From contig OY970208.1 of assembly GCA_963713865.1 (NCBI GenBank), positions 1,568,001-1,632,000 of the forward strand: a stretch of 64,000 nucleotides of DNA, written 5' to 3'. Source of the stretch: an uncultured candidate division Zixibacteria bacterium (GTDB lineage: Bacteria; Zixibacteria; MSB-5A5; RBG-16-43-9). A program made the translations under genes and the position numbers. Shown one piece after another: positions 9,779 to 21,256 of this stretch (the first letter of the stretch is position 1; each line of letters opens with the position of its first letter). A model generated the notes under the pieces. That model was not told the DNA's origin. It made no database searches and saw nothing but the letters and a program-made list of their open reading frames with translations.

Positions 9779-12019
9779 ATGGAGAAAAATTTAGTCATCG
9801 TTGAATCGCCAGCCAAGACTAAAACCTTAAAAAGGTTCTTGGGTGAAGATTACCAGTTAGAAGCCTCTTTAGGGCATATTAAGAATCTACCTCAAAGAAC
9901 CTTAGGGGTTAATATCAAAAAGTATTTCGAGCCAAAATATGTAATAATTCCTGGCAGAGAAAAAGTAATTGAGAGATTAAAAAAGGAAGCCAGGAAAGCC
10001 AAAAAGGTTTATCTGGCTCCTGATCCGGATCGGGAAGGGGAAGCCATTGCCTGGCATATAGCCGAGGAGATCAAGAAAAGTAATTCTCATATTTTTAGGG
10101 TCTCTTTTAATGAGATTACCAAAAAGGCAGTCTTAAAAGGGATAGAAAAGGCTGGTCCTATCAATATGAATAAGGTAAATGCCCAACAGGCTCGCAGGAT
10201 TTTAGACCGTCTGGTAGGCTATAAGGTCAGTCCCTTTTTACGTAAGACGGTTTGTCGGGGCTTAAGCGCTGGAAGAGTGCAATCAGTGGCTTTGAGGATG
10301 ATCTGCGAAAGAGAAGAAGAGATCGAGAAATTCGTTATACAAGAATACTGGAGCATTACCGGATTTTTCGAGACCGAAAAGAAGGAGGTTTTCTCTGCTG
10401 ATTTAGTTAAGATAAAGGGAGAAGATCTCAAGATAGAAAACCAGGCTCAGGCAGAGGAAATCCTCAGGGACTTAGAACAGAAAAGGTTCGAGGTTACTTT
10501 ATTTAAGACCGGGAAAAGGAAAAAATTCCCTTATCCCCCTTTTATTACTTCTACCTTAGAGCAGGATTCTGCAGGGAGGCTACATTTTTCGCCAAAGAAA
10601 ACTATACTTTTAGCTCAGCAGTTGTATGAGGGCGTGGAGTTGGGGGAGAAGGGCTCAGTTGGGTTGATCACCTATATGCGCACAGATTCAGTCAGGATCT
10701 CTGATTCGGCAAAGAAAGCCGCTTATGATTTTATAAAAGAAAATTTTGGCTCAGAATATCTTCCGGATAAGCCCAGAGAATATAAATCTAAAAAGACTGC
10801 CCAGGAGGCGCATGAGGCGATTCGACCCACTTATCTGGAATATACACCAGAGGAGATAAAAAAATATTTAAGCGCAGACCAGTTCAAGCTTTATCAGTTG
10901 ATCTACAATCGCTTCTTAGCCTCGCAGATGAAGGAGGCGCTCTATGATACTACCACAGTGGAGATCGACGGGGATGGATACACCTTCAGGGTAACTTCAT
11001 CCGAATTGATATTTGATGGTTTCTTAAAAGTTTATCAGGTGATCAAAGAGAATAATGAGGAGGAGGAGAAGGGGGGTAAACTTCCGATTCTGAATAAAGG
11101 TGAGAGGTTAAACCTGTTAAAACTTGAACCACAACAGCATTTCACCGAACCACCTCCAAGTTTTTCTGAAGCTTCTCTTATAAAAGAATTAGAGGCTAAC
11201 GGTATCGGCAGGCCCTCAACCTATGCCCAGATCTTAGGAACGATTGAGGACAGAAAATATGTGGAAAAAGAGGAAAAAAAGCTTTATCCAACAGAGTTAG
11301 GGAAGACGGTCAACCGGATTTTAGTTGAGAATTTTCCTGATCTCTTTGAAGTTGGTTTCACCGCGGAGATGGAGGAGGAGTTGGACCGAATTGAGAAGGG
11401 TAAGGATAACTGGGTGGAGGTTTTAAAGGACTTTTACACCCCATTTAAGTCTATCTTAGAGGAGGCGGAGAAGAAAAGAAAAGAGATCAAAAGCACGCTC
11501 CAGGAAAAAACCGAGGAGACCTGCGAGAAATGCGGCAGTCCTATGGTGATAAAATGGGGAAGGCATGGAAGGTTCTTAGCCTGCTCAGGTTTTCCGGAAT
11601 GCAAAAATACTAAACCTTTGAACAATGAAGGAAATCTTCTGACCGAGGAAAAGTGCGATCTCTGTGGTTCTCCTATGGTTCTGAAGAATGGGAGATTCGG
11701 TAAGTTCTTAGCCTGCTCTAAATATCCTGAATGTAGGAATACCAAACCCTACTCTTTAGGGATTACCTGCCCGAAAGAAGGGTGTGGGGGATTTATTGTG
11801 GAGAAAAAGAGCAGAAGGGGTAAAATCTTTTTTGGCTGTTCAAATTATCCGGCTTGTAAATTTGCCACCTGGGACAAACCTGTCAAGGAAAGCTGTCCAC
11901 AATGCGGGGCGAATTTTCTGGTTTTTAAAGAAAGCAAATCCAAGGGGGAATATCTTTTATGCCTGAAATGTAAATATGAAAAAAGCCAGTCCGAGGAAAA
12001 GATAGAGATAAAAGAATAG
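9779..12019 (+). CDS. topA: DNA topoisomerase I (type IA) with C-terminal Zn ribbons
   Basis: IVESPAK, DPDREGE, SAGRVQS, ITYMRTDS, GIGRPST, repeated C4 zinc fingers. Confidence 0.97.
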   Translation: MEKNLVIVESPAKTKTLKRFLGEDYQLEASLGHIKNLPQRTLGVNIKKYFEPKYVIIPGREKVIERLKKEARKAKKVYLAPDPDREGEAIAWHIAEEIKKSNSHIFRVSFNEITKKAVLKGIEKAGPINMNKVNAQQARRILDRLVGYKVSPFLRKTVCRGLSAGRVQSVALRMICEREEEIEKFVIQEYWSITGFFETEKKEVFSADLVKIKGEDLKIENQAQAEEILRDLEQKRFEVTLFKTGKRKKFPYPPFITSTLEQDSAGRLHFSPKKTILLAQQLYEGVELGEKGSVGLITYMRTDSVRISDSAKKAAYDFIKENFGSEYLPDKPREYKSKKTAQEAHEAIRPTYLEYTPEEIKKYLSADQFKLYQLIYNRFLASQMKEALYDTTTVEIDGDGYTFRVTSSELIFDGFLKVYQVIKENNEEEEKGGKLPILNKGERLNLLKLEPQQHFTEPPPSFSEASLIKELEANGIGRPSTYAQILGTIEDRKYVEKEEKKLYPTELGKTVNRILVENFPDLFEVGFTAEMEEELDRIEKGKDNWVEVLKDFYTPFKSILEEAEKKRKEIKSTLQEKTEETCEKCGSPMVIKWGRHGRFLACSGFPECKNTKPLNNEGNLLTEEKCDLCGSPMVLKNGRFGKFLACSKYPECRNTKPYSLGITCPKEGCGGFIVEKKSRRGKIFFGCSNYPACKFATWDKPVKESCPQCGANFLVFKESKSKGEYLLCLKCKYEKSQSEEKIEIKE

Positions 12020-12031
12020 GGTTTAATTTTT

Positions 12032-12953
12032 ATGAAGGAACTGAAAGATTATATTGATGAATATTTAACTTATATACGCGCGGAGAAAAATTTCTCCCCA
12101 CATACCGTTCTCGCCTATAAAAAAGATCTTAACTCCTTTTTGGATTTTCTTCAATCTGAGCTGAAGGTAAAGATTACACCGGATTTCATACACAGGAATA
12201 ATATCAAAAATTTCTTGATCCATCTAAGCCAGGAAAGTTTTGATCCAAGCTCTATTGAACGAAAGCTTTCTGCCTTAAGGTCTTTTTTCAATTTTCTACA
12301 AAAGAAGCTAAAAATAAAGTCAAATCCTACCTTGAGCCTGAAAGGACCGAAGAGAAAGAGAAGATTGCCCCTGATTTTGAGCCAGGCTCAAATGAAAAAT
12401 ATCCTGGAGCCACATCTATATGAGGAAAAAGTAGCGGGATGGAGAGATAGAGCCATTATAGAGCTTTTATATAACACCGGAATTAGATTATCCGAGATAA
12501 GCTCCCTGAGCAAAGAGGATGTCGATTTTAAAACCGGCGAAATAAGAGTTTTAGGAAAAGGGAATAAGGAAAGGATTGTTCCCTTAGGGGAAAATGCTTC
12601 CAAGACCTTAGTTGAATATCTCGACTCAAAAGATAAGGTAAGCAGTCTAAAAAACAAAGAAACTGATTTCCTTTTTTTAAATAAATATGGAGAGAGGCTC
12701 AGCCGGAGAGGGATAGCCCGGATAGTTAAAAAGTATGGGGCTAAAGTGACCGAGGATCAGAAAACCAGAACCTCATATTTTAAGGCACAGTTTTGCCACT
12801 CATCTTTTAGATGAAGGGGCAAACCTTTTAGCAGTTAAAGAGATGTTAGGACATGAGAGTCTATCCACTACTCAGATTTATACTCACGTATCTATGGATA
12901 GACTGAAGAAGGTCTATAAAAAAGCTCATCCGAGATCAGGATATAAAGCTTAA
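12032..12953 (+). CDS. xerC: Tyrosine recombinase XerC, +1 indel at ~12770
   Basis: [19 protein letters not shown]. The shifted frame continues [45 protein letters not shown] to TAA at 12951-12953. topA-xerC-hslVU synteny. Confidence 0.88.
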
Positions 12954-12975
12954 AGTAAAAAAATAAAGGTGGTTT

Positions 12976-13521
12976 ATGATTGAATCTGCAAAGAAATTCT
13001 ACGGGACGACTATTTTAGGAATCAGGCATAAAGGGAGGGTGGCTATTGGTGGGGATGGGCAGGTGAGCCTGGAGAATACTATAATAAAACAGAATGCCAG
13101 AAAGCTAAGAAGGCTTTACAATAATACCATATTAGCTGGTTTTGCCGGGGCTTCTGCAGATGCCTTTGCTTTGTTTGATCGGTTTGAGGCAAAGATAGAA
13201 GAATTTCATGGTAATCTTTATCGAGCTGCGGTGGAGTTAGCTAAAGAGTGGAGGATGGATAAATACTTAAGAAGGTTAGAAGCTCTCTTAGCAGTTATAG
13301 ACAAAGAGCATGCTTTAATTATCTCTGGAAACGGTGATGTGATAGAGCCGGATGATGGAATCATTGCCATAGGCTCAGGTGGTCCTTATGCTTTGGCAGC
13401 TGCTCGCGCTTTAGTGGAATTCTCGGATTTAGATGCCAGGGGAATTGTTAAAAAATCCTTAGAGATTGCTTCCTCCATCTGTGTCTTCACCAATGATAAG
13501 ATAACAATTGAGGAATTATAG
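12976..13521 (+). CDS. hslV: ATP-dependent protease subunit HslV
   Basis: GTTIL (N-terminal Thr), GDGQVS, GFAG, IGSGG. Confidence 0.96.
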   Translation: MIESAKKFYGTTILGIRHKGRVAIGGDGQVSLENTIIKQNARKLRRLYNNTILAGFAGASADAFALFDRFEAKIEEFHGNLYRAAVELAKEWRMDKYLRRLEALLAVIDKEHALIISGNGDVIEPDDGIIAIGSGGPYALAAARALVEFSDLDARGIVKKSLEIASSICVFTNDKITIEEL

Positions 13522-13585
13522 GATAAGATAGAGTATTAAATAACTGGGGCAGGAGTTTAACTTCTACCCCAGCAGAAGAGAGTTT

Positions 13586-13639
13586 TGGAGTGTAAACCTT
13601 TAGGTTTACCAAAAAGTAAGGCTGAAGCTTTAAACTCCA
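13586..13639. repeat. REP-like palindrome, GGAGTGTAAACC family
   Basis: tggagtgtaaacctttaggtttac..gtaaggctgaagctttaaactcca. Confidence 0.75.
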
Positions 13640-13669
13640 GAAAACAAGGATAACTTGAGAGAGGAGAAG

Positions 13670-15034
13670 ATGAAAGAGTTTACACCTAAAGAGATTGTGG
13701 AAGAGTTAGATAAATATATAATCGGACAGGATAATGCCAAAAAATCTGTGGCTATAGCTTTAAGAAACAGATGGAGAAGACAGCAGGTTAAAGGTGAGCT
13801 AAAAGATGAGATAATGCCTAACAATATCATAATGATCGGTCCAACTGGAGTCGGGAAAACCGAGATAGCCAGAAGATTGGCTAGTTTAGCCAGTGCTCCT
13901 TTTATTAAGGTTGAAGCATCTAAATTTACCGAGGTGGGTTATGTGGGAAGGGACGTTGAGTCAATGGTTAGGGATCTGATGGATTTAGGAGTGAATATGG
14001 TGAAGAAGGAAAAATCTTTTGAGGTGAGTCAGAAAGCGGCTGAATTAGCTGAGGAAAAGATTTTAAATCTGCTCCTGCCTCTTCCGTTCAAGAAAAAAAC
14101 CACAGCGAGGGAGGAACCCTTAGCTTCGATTAAGGATTTAGAAGAAAAGAGAAAGAAAACCAGGGAGAAATTGAGAGAAAAATTGAAATCAGGTAAGTTA
14201 GACCAGAGGCCTATAGAGATAGAAATTCCAGAGGATAGATTCCCCATAGTGGAGATTTTCTCCCCGGCCGGGATTGAAGAATTAGGGTTTAATTTCCAGG
14301 AGATGTTCTCCGGAATGCTCCCCAAGAAGACCAAAAAGAGGAAACTAAGCGTGGGTGAAGCCCAGAAGATTCTTACTCAGGAGCAGGTAGGGAGGTTGGT
14401 GGATATGGAGGAGGTCATTTCCACTGCTGTAGAAAGGGTGGAGAATTCCGGAATAATCTTTGTAGATGAGTTAGACAAGATCGTAGGAGAAAAAGTTAAA
14501 GGCGCAGGTCCGGATGTATCGCGTGAAGGGGTGCAGAGGGATTTATTGCCAATTGTAGAAGGGACAAATGTAATGACTAAATATGGTATGGTCAAGACCG
14601 ACCATGTTCTGTTTATAGCCGCAGGTGCTTTTCATGCCTCCAAACCAGCAGATTTAATCCCTGAATTACAGGGCCGGTTTCCAATTCGGGTTGAATTAGA
14701 TAGCCTTACCACCAATGATTTTATTCGGATCCTGACTGAGCCTAAAAATGCCTTGATCAAGCAATATATCGCCCTCTTAGCTACTGAAGAGGTAGAGATT
14801 GAATTTGAAAAAGAAGCGATTGATGAGATCGCTCAGATTGCCAATCTGGTAAATGAAAGGACTGAAAATATAGGTGCCAGAAGGCTTCACACGGTTATGA
14901 CTACGCTTTTAGAGGATATTATGTTCAAAATACCGGAAATGAAGCTGAAAAATATTGTGATAACAAAGAAGATGGTGGAAGAGACACTGAAGGCAATAGT
15001 GGAGGATAAGGATTTAAGTAGATATATACTTTAA
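13670..15034 (+). CDS. hslU: ATP-dependent protease ATPase subunit HslU
   Basis: [58 protein letters not shown] before ATG at 13670. Confidence 0.96.
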   Translation: MKEFTPKEIVEELDKYIIGQDNAKKSVAIALRNRWRRQQVKGELKDEIMPNNIIMIGPTGVGKTEIARRLASLASAPFIKVEASKFTEVGYVGRDVESMVRDLMDLGVNMVKKEKSFEVSQKAAELAEEKILNLLLPLPFKKKTTAREEPLASIKDLEEKRKKTREKLREKLKSGKLDQRPIEIEIPEDRFPIVEIFSPAGIEELGFNFQEMFSGMLPKKTKKRKLSVGEAQKILTQEQVGRLVDMEEVISTAVERVENSGIIFVDELDKIVGEKVKGAGPDVSREGVQRDLLPIVEGTNVMTKYGMVKTDHVLFIAAGAFHASKPADLIPELQGRFPIRVELDSLTTNDFIRILTEPKNALIKQYIALLATEEVEIEFEKEAIDEIAQIANLVNERTENIGARRLHTVMTTLLEDIMFKIPEMKLKNIVITKKMVEETLKAIVEDKDLSRYIL

Positions 15035-15120
15035 CAAAAGGAAGATGGAAAAGAAATGTCGAATGACAGATATCGAATGACGAATAAAAATTAAATAAGA
15101 GCATTTATTTGTTTGTATTT

Positions 15121-15232
15121 TGTAGGGGCAGACCTCCGTGTCTGCCCTGACTTTTTGTTAGGACGACTTTTAGATACTTGTCCGAAGATCTGAGATCTCG
15201 CGTAGGGGTGGAGCATATCTCCACCCCTACGC
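15121..15232. repeat. GTAGGGG-type REP hairpins
   Basis: gtaggggcagacctccgtgtctgccct and gcgtaggggtggagcatatctccacccctacgc. Confidence 0.75.
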
Positions 15233-15413
15233 ATTTCAAGGAACGTTGTTATACCTAACGTATAGCTATAATAAAATACGAAAAAGTTTGACTATTATTA
15301 CCATAAATTAGAACCTTAATAAAAACAAGCAAGGGAATAATCTTATGAGAAGAGCTAACTTAGATGTTACCATCAAAGAAACGCATCTTCTTTAAAGTTT
15401 AACCCCTCTTTTA

Positions 15414-15458
15414 AAAAGTTATGGGACTCCGTTTTGGAACGGAATCCCATAAACTTTA
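15414..15458 (-). terminator. Intrinsic terminator-like hairpin between convergent genes
   Basis: TTATGGGACTCCGTT-TTGG-AACGGAATCCCATAA followed by a T-tract on the minus strand. Confidence 0.55.
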
Positions 15459-15485
15459 AATCTCTAACCTGCCTTGAAGGAAAGC

Positions 15486-18400
15486 TCACTCACACCAAAT
15501 TGGTATAGGACCAGTTACAGGAGGAGGACCGCCCTTAAACAGGTAATTAATCAGGTAAACCACATCCGAAACCGAAATCTTTCCATCGCCATTGGCATCA
15601 CTTGGATTAACCGGTAGCGGACCACCTTTGAATAGATAATTTATAAGATATACCACATCCGAAACCGAAATCTTTCCATCACCATTGGCATCTCCAGATA
15701 AAGAAGTACACTGTGCAATTATCTCAGATAACTTAGCCGCGTTGGCTTTCAAACTATCTAAACCCTTATCAGTTACCAGTAATAAATATTTCAGCTCAAT
15801 TACAGTGGTGGGATCAGGAGCAGTTACCTGAGCCATTGACATCAGCATATTATTATCCTGCATAGAATCTTCCTGCTCAACTGAAAAGCCAGTTGTTGAC
15901 ATAAACTTATACAGGGAATCATCATTATACCCGCTATAAGGATAGAGCTGTTTAGCGTTGTTCAAAACGTAAGCGCTCAACGGTGCGGTGCCGTGGTAGA
16001 TGGTAGAGCCACCTTGCGTTACTTCCGCATCTAAGAATTGGAAGGCACCATAGTAGTTCAGGAACTCAGCACTGTCTCCCTGCTGCCAGATTAGATTCAA
16101 ATCCTCATCATAACCACCCCAGTTATCTGAGCCATGTTTAGCTTGGATATCCCAGTCAGCCGCTATGCCAAAATAACCTCCTTGCGGATTTGTAGATCCG
16201 GTAAGATCATCCCACCATATCGGAGGCGGATTCCAGTACCACCAGTTGTATACCAGAATAACCGGAGGGGAGTCGAAGACCATGACCTGAGAATACTTAG
16301 TCCAGTAGCTCCACCATGAGTGGAAGTCGCCATGAGAAGTAAGACGTCCTGGAAAAACAAGGCTAAACTTATCGTATATTACTTTGACCTTTACGGACGA
16401 TGATGTGCTCAATAGATAGTTATAAGTCTGCGACTTCACGTGAGCTTCGGGTAAAAAGTCATGGTGATCATGTAACCAGGTAAAGCCCACAGGACCCTCT
16501 CCACCGATATCATCAGTAACAAAAACCGGAGTAAACTCAAATAGATAATTATATCCATTATAGTTCATCCCGTTGCCGGTCAGATCGTCATCTTCCTGGT
16601 GTCCTATGTTCCCTACGTTGGAAACGACCGCTCTAACATGTAAATTTGCTGTGTCATATTCAGGATAGTAGAAGGTGTCAGTTACCACAAAGTGGAACTT
16701 CGCATACTCAGTATCTACATAGGTCTCTCCACCACCTAATAAGCCATTGTTTGACTCAATCATTATCTGGCCTACTAAGAAGGTATCTTGTTTCCCGGCT
16801 CCGCTGAAGGTCAGGTTGACATTTACCGGTGCCCGAGCTCTGGGATAGAAAAATGGACCTGATCTGCAGTTACATAGGGAGGTGTACTGATCTTCACCCA
16901 CAAAGTCGCTGTTCCGGTATTCTCAAAGGTTAAAGCATCAGCTTTGCTTGCTCCGTTTTTAGCCCATCTGACCGGACTAATCAACATTTTTGGGCTAAAG
17001 TCCTTACCGGGAACTGCTGGAACTAACTCGCGTGGATCCTTCAGGTAGCGAATCGGATTGAGGGTGAATGCCCCCTCAGGAGCAGCCTGGATAGCACCAG
17101 AGGCATCTAAATCATAAACATAGCTGACATACATAAAGTCTCCCACCCTCTCGGCTACTGTAGACCAAGCCTCACTTTTGCAGTCCCCGACATCACAGCC
17201 ATCTGTATTGGTATTGGTCAGGTTCACCTCAGGTCCCCAGTTCCGGCCGCCAGTGGCAGATACTTTCTTATATATATCCGCATTGGCATAACCAGCTAAA
17301 GATACGTCGTCATCCCTGTACCCGGAGTAAACCACATAGAGATAATTGTAAGCCGCATTTCCCACCTGATATTCTACACCCGCGGATGGCTTGGAAATAG
17401 GAGACATCCAATTACCGCAGTTCGCGGTAACTAATCGAGAAGCCACTTTGTGAAGGCTATCAGTAGCTGAACTCCAGTGGAATAGAGATATATCATCTCC
17501 TTCGTTTCCAGTTGCATCGGCAGTAAAGAATACATGGAGCACATTATTATAGTCGTACACTGCAGCCACCTCAGTCCTATAGAAATCGTAATCTTCCCAA
17601 TTATTGTCGCCCCAATGGGTTATCTTTATGGGTGTTAGGTTATTCCCGGCCATCCAGTCGCTACCGTCAACGGTGGACTCTAAATAATATATCTCTCCCT
17701 GATACTCGACAGAAGCTGTCTGATCATACCAGATTATAGCAACGCGACCTGATCCAGTGGGAGAAGTAACTACCGGGGCTGAAATATAAGGGAGCTTACC
17801 ATCAGCAGGGAAGAAATAGGGTATTTTCGTTGGCTGCGACACATTGGGTGGAAAGGTCACCGCAGCCTTACCAGGTGATTGACAGATCATATTTTGGTTT
17901 CCTGCAGGTCCATTTGGATCCTGGAAACAGCGTACATAACCTGCCTCATCATCCGTCCCGAACTCAGTTATGTGAATAAAAACAGTATCACCTTTATATC
18001 CCTTAGCAGTACCCACAAAGGGCCAATGTAAAAATTCAGCCCTTGCATGAGCAGCTATTGAATCATAAGGCATATCATACAAGTTGAACTGCCCTAATCC
18101 AGGAGTGATCTTCTCTATGGCTAAGACAACGCCGCCCAAGCCGGTCATGTCGTGGAAAGCTAATACCTCCCTTGAATTCGGCAGTATATCTAAACCACAA
18201 TACCCGCCTCTGCCTGTGGGTTTAGTAACATGCATACCCGCGCCAGGATTTAGCCAGCTTCCATCTGAGTAACGAGCATTATAATCGATATAGCGGTTCT
18301 CGCTCAAATCCGGACCCACCATATTCATCCAGTCGAAATGCAGATTCCCCAGATAATCATAGGCTATCCGGCGGTGTGCGGAAGCGTTATCCTGGTAGTC

Positions 18401-18619
18401 ATAATAAGTCCAGCCTACGGTGTCATCTGTAAATGGGAAGAAGAACTTAGGTTCTAGAGTGGTCGTAGTACGATACGGGTAGATTATACTCTCATCTACG
18501 GGCTTCATTTTCTCCATGCTCGGGAGCACTTTCTTCGCCACCGGCTTCATGGTCCCAAAAACACTTAAGCTTGCTACCAGCAATAAAACCAGACTTAGTA
18601 ATAAAACTTTTTTAAGCAT
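15486..18619 (-). CDS. Large (~1040 aa) secreted protein with C-terminal type I dockerin; -1 indel at ~16833
   Basis: AGGAGG RBS and signal peptide MLKKVLLLSLVLLLVASLSVFG. Adding one G joins the two ORFs (SIPELGAPVNVNLTF). C-terminus has DANGDGKISVSDVVYLINYLFKGGP twice. Confidence 0.85.
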
Positions 18620-18838
18620 TTCAGCCTCCTTATTATTTTTGTATATATTAACTTTATTTTTAGATATGAAATTTTCACATAAAAACCTCCTTTATAAAAA
18701 GGTTAATGATTTACTCTTCAGAAGAAATAATGAAATTAAAGAGAGAAAACTAATCCAGTGAATCTTTCTTCCTTTTACCTCCCCTGAAATCAAGTGTAAA
18801 AGTTTACAAATTACTGTTGCTTATAAGATTACCTTAAT

Positions 18839-18866
18839 ATTATATCTTTTTAAAAGCCGTTGTCAA
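18839..18866 (-). promoter_or_regulatory. Consensus sigma70 promoter
   Basis: Minus strand TTGACA-N16-TATAAT upstream of the dockerin gene. Confidence 0.7.
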
Positions 18867-19064
18867 GTAAAATAAAACAAGACAAAGTTGGTCTGTTAAA
18901 CCAGCTATTAAAGTTATAAGATTAAGATGTTATATTACATAGCGTTGCTTATTCAAAAGTTCTGATAAATAATTTTGGTAATTAACCGCCACTTGACCTT
19001 TAATTTGTTCATAGATACTTTAGTGGCGTAAACCTCAATAGCACTTAGTAGATAAGTAGTATTT

Positions 19065-19136
19065 CGTAGCATCCGGGTTTATCCCGGACGTTTTTGTTTC
19101 GTTGGACCGTAGGGGCAATTCATGAATTGCCCCTAC
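19065..19136. repeat. GTAG-type REP hairpins
   Basis: cgtagcatccgggtttatcccggacg and cgtaggggcaattcatgaattgcccctac. Confidence 0.7.
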
Positions 19137-19150
19137 CAATTTTTTTATCC

Positions 19151-19179
19151 TTGACTTGAAAGTAAATCATCCTTAAATT
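19151..19179 (+). promoter_or_regulatory. Sigma70-type promoter of argF
   Basis: TTGACT-N17-TAAATT. Confidence 0.5.
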
Positions 19180-19209
19180 AGAAGCGATTCATAGACTAAG
19201 GGAGCTAAA

Positions 19210-20148
19210 ATGAAAAAAGATTTTTTAGCAGTTTCAGATTTTTCTGTAAAAGAGATAAAAGAGATTTTTAAATCAACCGCTGATATGAAAAAGGGGAAGA
19301 TTAAACCTTTACCTCTTAAAAATAAAGCGGTTGCCTGTATCTTTCATAAACCCTCTTTAAGGACCAGGATAAGTTTTGAGGTGGGGATCCAGCAGCTGGG
19401 TGGTAATTCTCTCTACATTACTAAGGATGAATTCAAGCTGGGAAGAAAAGATGACCCGGAAAAGAGGGAATGGTTCTATGATGGGGCTAAGGTTTTGTCC
19501 CGGATGGTTGACCTTATAGTCATCCGAACTTTTGAGCATTCAGGCGTGGAGGAATTAGCTAAATTTGCTGAGATTCCGGTTGTCAATGCCTTGACTGACC
19601 TATATCATCCCTGCCAGATTATGGGAGATATGTTCACTATCTGGGAGAAGAAAAAGAAAATTGAAAACGTTTCCATTGCTTATTTAGGGGATGGGAACAA
19701 TGTCTGCAACTCCTGGCTGGATGCAGCTTCTTTAATTCCTCTGGATTTGAGAATTGGCACCTCTCCTGAAACTCCACCGGACAGAGATGTTCTGGAAAGA
19801 GCTAAAAAATCGAAGATAAGCAAGATAACTTTGGCTTATGACCCGATTGAAGCAGTTAAAAATGCAGACGTGGTCTATACGGATGTATGGGCGAGTATGG
19901 GGCAGGAGGATTTATATGAGGTAAAAACCAGTCTCCTGCGAAAGTTTCAGGTTAATTCTGATTTAATCAGATATGCTAAAAAAGATTGTCTGGTAATGCA
20001 TTGTTTGCCTGCACATCGAGGGGAGGAGATTACAGATGAAGCAATGGATGGAAAAAACTCAGTGGTTTTTGACCAGGCGGAGAACAGGCTCCACATACAA
20101 AAAGGGATTATCCTGAAATTAATGAAAGGGTTTAAGAAAAAAGTCTGA
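19210..20148 (+). CDS. argF: Ornithine carbamoyltransferase
   Basis: KPSLRTRISFE, HPCQ, GDGNNV, DVWASMG, HCLP, QAENRLH. Confidence 0.88.
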   Translation: MKKDFLAVSDFSVKEIKEIFKSTADMKKGKIKPLPLKNKAVACIFHKPSLRTRISFEVGIQQLGGNSLYITKDEFKLGRKDDPEKREWFYDGAKVLSRMVDLIVIRTFEHSGVEELAKFAEIPVVNALTDLYHPCQIMGDMFTIWEKKKKIENVSIAYLGDGNNVCNSWLDAASLIPLDLRIGTSPETPPDRDVLERAKKSKISKITLAYDPIEAVKNADVVYTDVWASMGQEDLYEVKTSLLRKFQVNSDLIRYAKKDCLVMHCLPAHRGEEITDEAMDGKNSVVFDQAENRLHIQKGIILKLMKGFKKKV

Positions 20149-20219
20149 AGGCTATAGGCTTAAGTCTAAAGTCAGAAAGCGAACAGCAAATCGCAAATCA
20201 CAAAACAGAAGGAGGTTTT

Positions 20220-21011
20220 ATGTTCACCAAAAAATCTTTACTCTGGCTCGGCTTGATCTTCTTTTTTGCTCAAATGGCGAGCGCCCAGATGCCCGGAATT
20301 CCCATGCCGGGGAAAACCCCCAAAATGTTCGGTGAGTTCAAGATGCCGGAGGTGGGGAGTTATGCAGAATACAAGTTGACTTATCCAGGTGAAAAGGTTG
20401 AGGTCATTGCGAGGTTTGCTATTGTAGGGAAAGAAAAATCTTCAGAGGGGAAAGAACTTTTCTGGTATGAATATCAGACGAATGATCCGAAAAGTAAAAG
20501 CATTGATATTGTGAAGATGCTGATCTCTGGAGATCCACAAAAAGAGGGTAACATTGTCCGGATGATCCTCAAGCAAAATCAGGATAAGCCTATGGAGCTT
20601 TCTGCGGAGATTATGCAGATGGTAAATGCTCCAATGAAAGGAGAAAAAGAGAAGGTTAAAGCTATAGGGGAGGTCAAGAATTTAGGTAAGGAGACTTTGA
20701 AAACTGCGGCTGGTGGTTTCGATTGTACTCATATGCAATACGTCTCGGAGAAAAACGAAGTATCAGATGTATGGCAAACTCCACAGATCCCATTTTTTGG
20801 CCTGGCTAAGTCTGTTATGCAGGGAACGAGTATGGAGATTCAAAAATTCGGTAAAGACGCTAAGTCCGGTATAACTGAAGAGCCTGAAAAAATAGAAATT
20901 CCGGGAATGGAAAAACCAGGAATGAAAATGCCAGGAATGGAAAAAGTAAAAGTTCCACAACTTGATACTTTGAAGGAAGGTATTCCGAAATCAACCCAAC
21001 CTCCTAAATGA
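20220..21011 (+). CDS. Secreted hypothetical protein with Pro/Met-rich termini
   Basis: AGGAGG RBS, signal peptide ending ASA, PGMEK-type repeats. Confidence 0.75.
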   Translation: MFTKKSLLWLGLIFFFAQMASAQMPGIPMPGKTPKMFGEFKMPEVGSYAEYKLTYPGEKVEVIARFAIVGKEKSSEGKELFWYEYQTNDPKSKSIDIVKMLISGDPQKEGNIVRMILKQNQDKPMELSAEIMQMVNAPMKGEKEKVKAIGEVKNLGKETLKTAAGGFDCTHMQYVSEKNEVSDVWQTPQIPFFGLAKSVMQGTSMEIQKFGKDAKSGITEEPEKIEIPGMEKPGMKMPGMEKVKVPQLDTLKEGIPKSTQPPK

Positions 21012-21047
21012 GATAAGAGCTCTGAGGAGTGTTTTTTAAGATGCTTT

Positions 21048-21168
21048 TGGAGTGCGAACCTTTCCTACGGTGGCTACGAGCCAGACGGAGTCTCCGTTTC
21101 TTTGATAGGTTTGCCAATTTCACGTGGGCGGACAGGTAAAGCTATCCGTCTAAAGCGGATACACTCCA
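21048..21168. repeat. Expanded GGAGTGTAAACC-family REP with nested hairpins
   Basis: Terminal tggagtg...cactcca; internal tccgtctaaagcgga. Confidence 0.65.
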
Positions 21169-21187
21169 GAGGTTGAAAATAAGATAG

Positions 21188-21229
21188 AAATGGTGGCTTT
21201 TCCAGAGTTGAGGGGAGGCCACCATTTTT
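21188..21229 (+). terminator. Terminator-like hairpin
   Basis: aaatggtggc...gccaccattttt. Confidence 0.45.
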
Positions 21230-21256
21230 CTATAAAAAGAATTTAAAGGAAAATAT

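Noticed and set aside
12032-12953. Tyrosine recombinase as a phage/ICE integrase
   Set aside because: XerC-like motifs in housekeeping topA-xerC-hslVU context; no att site or mobile cargo
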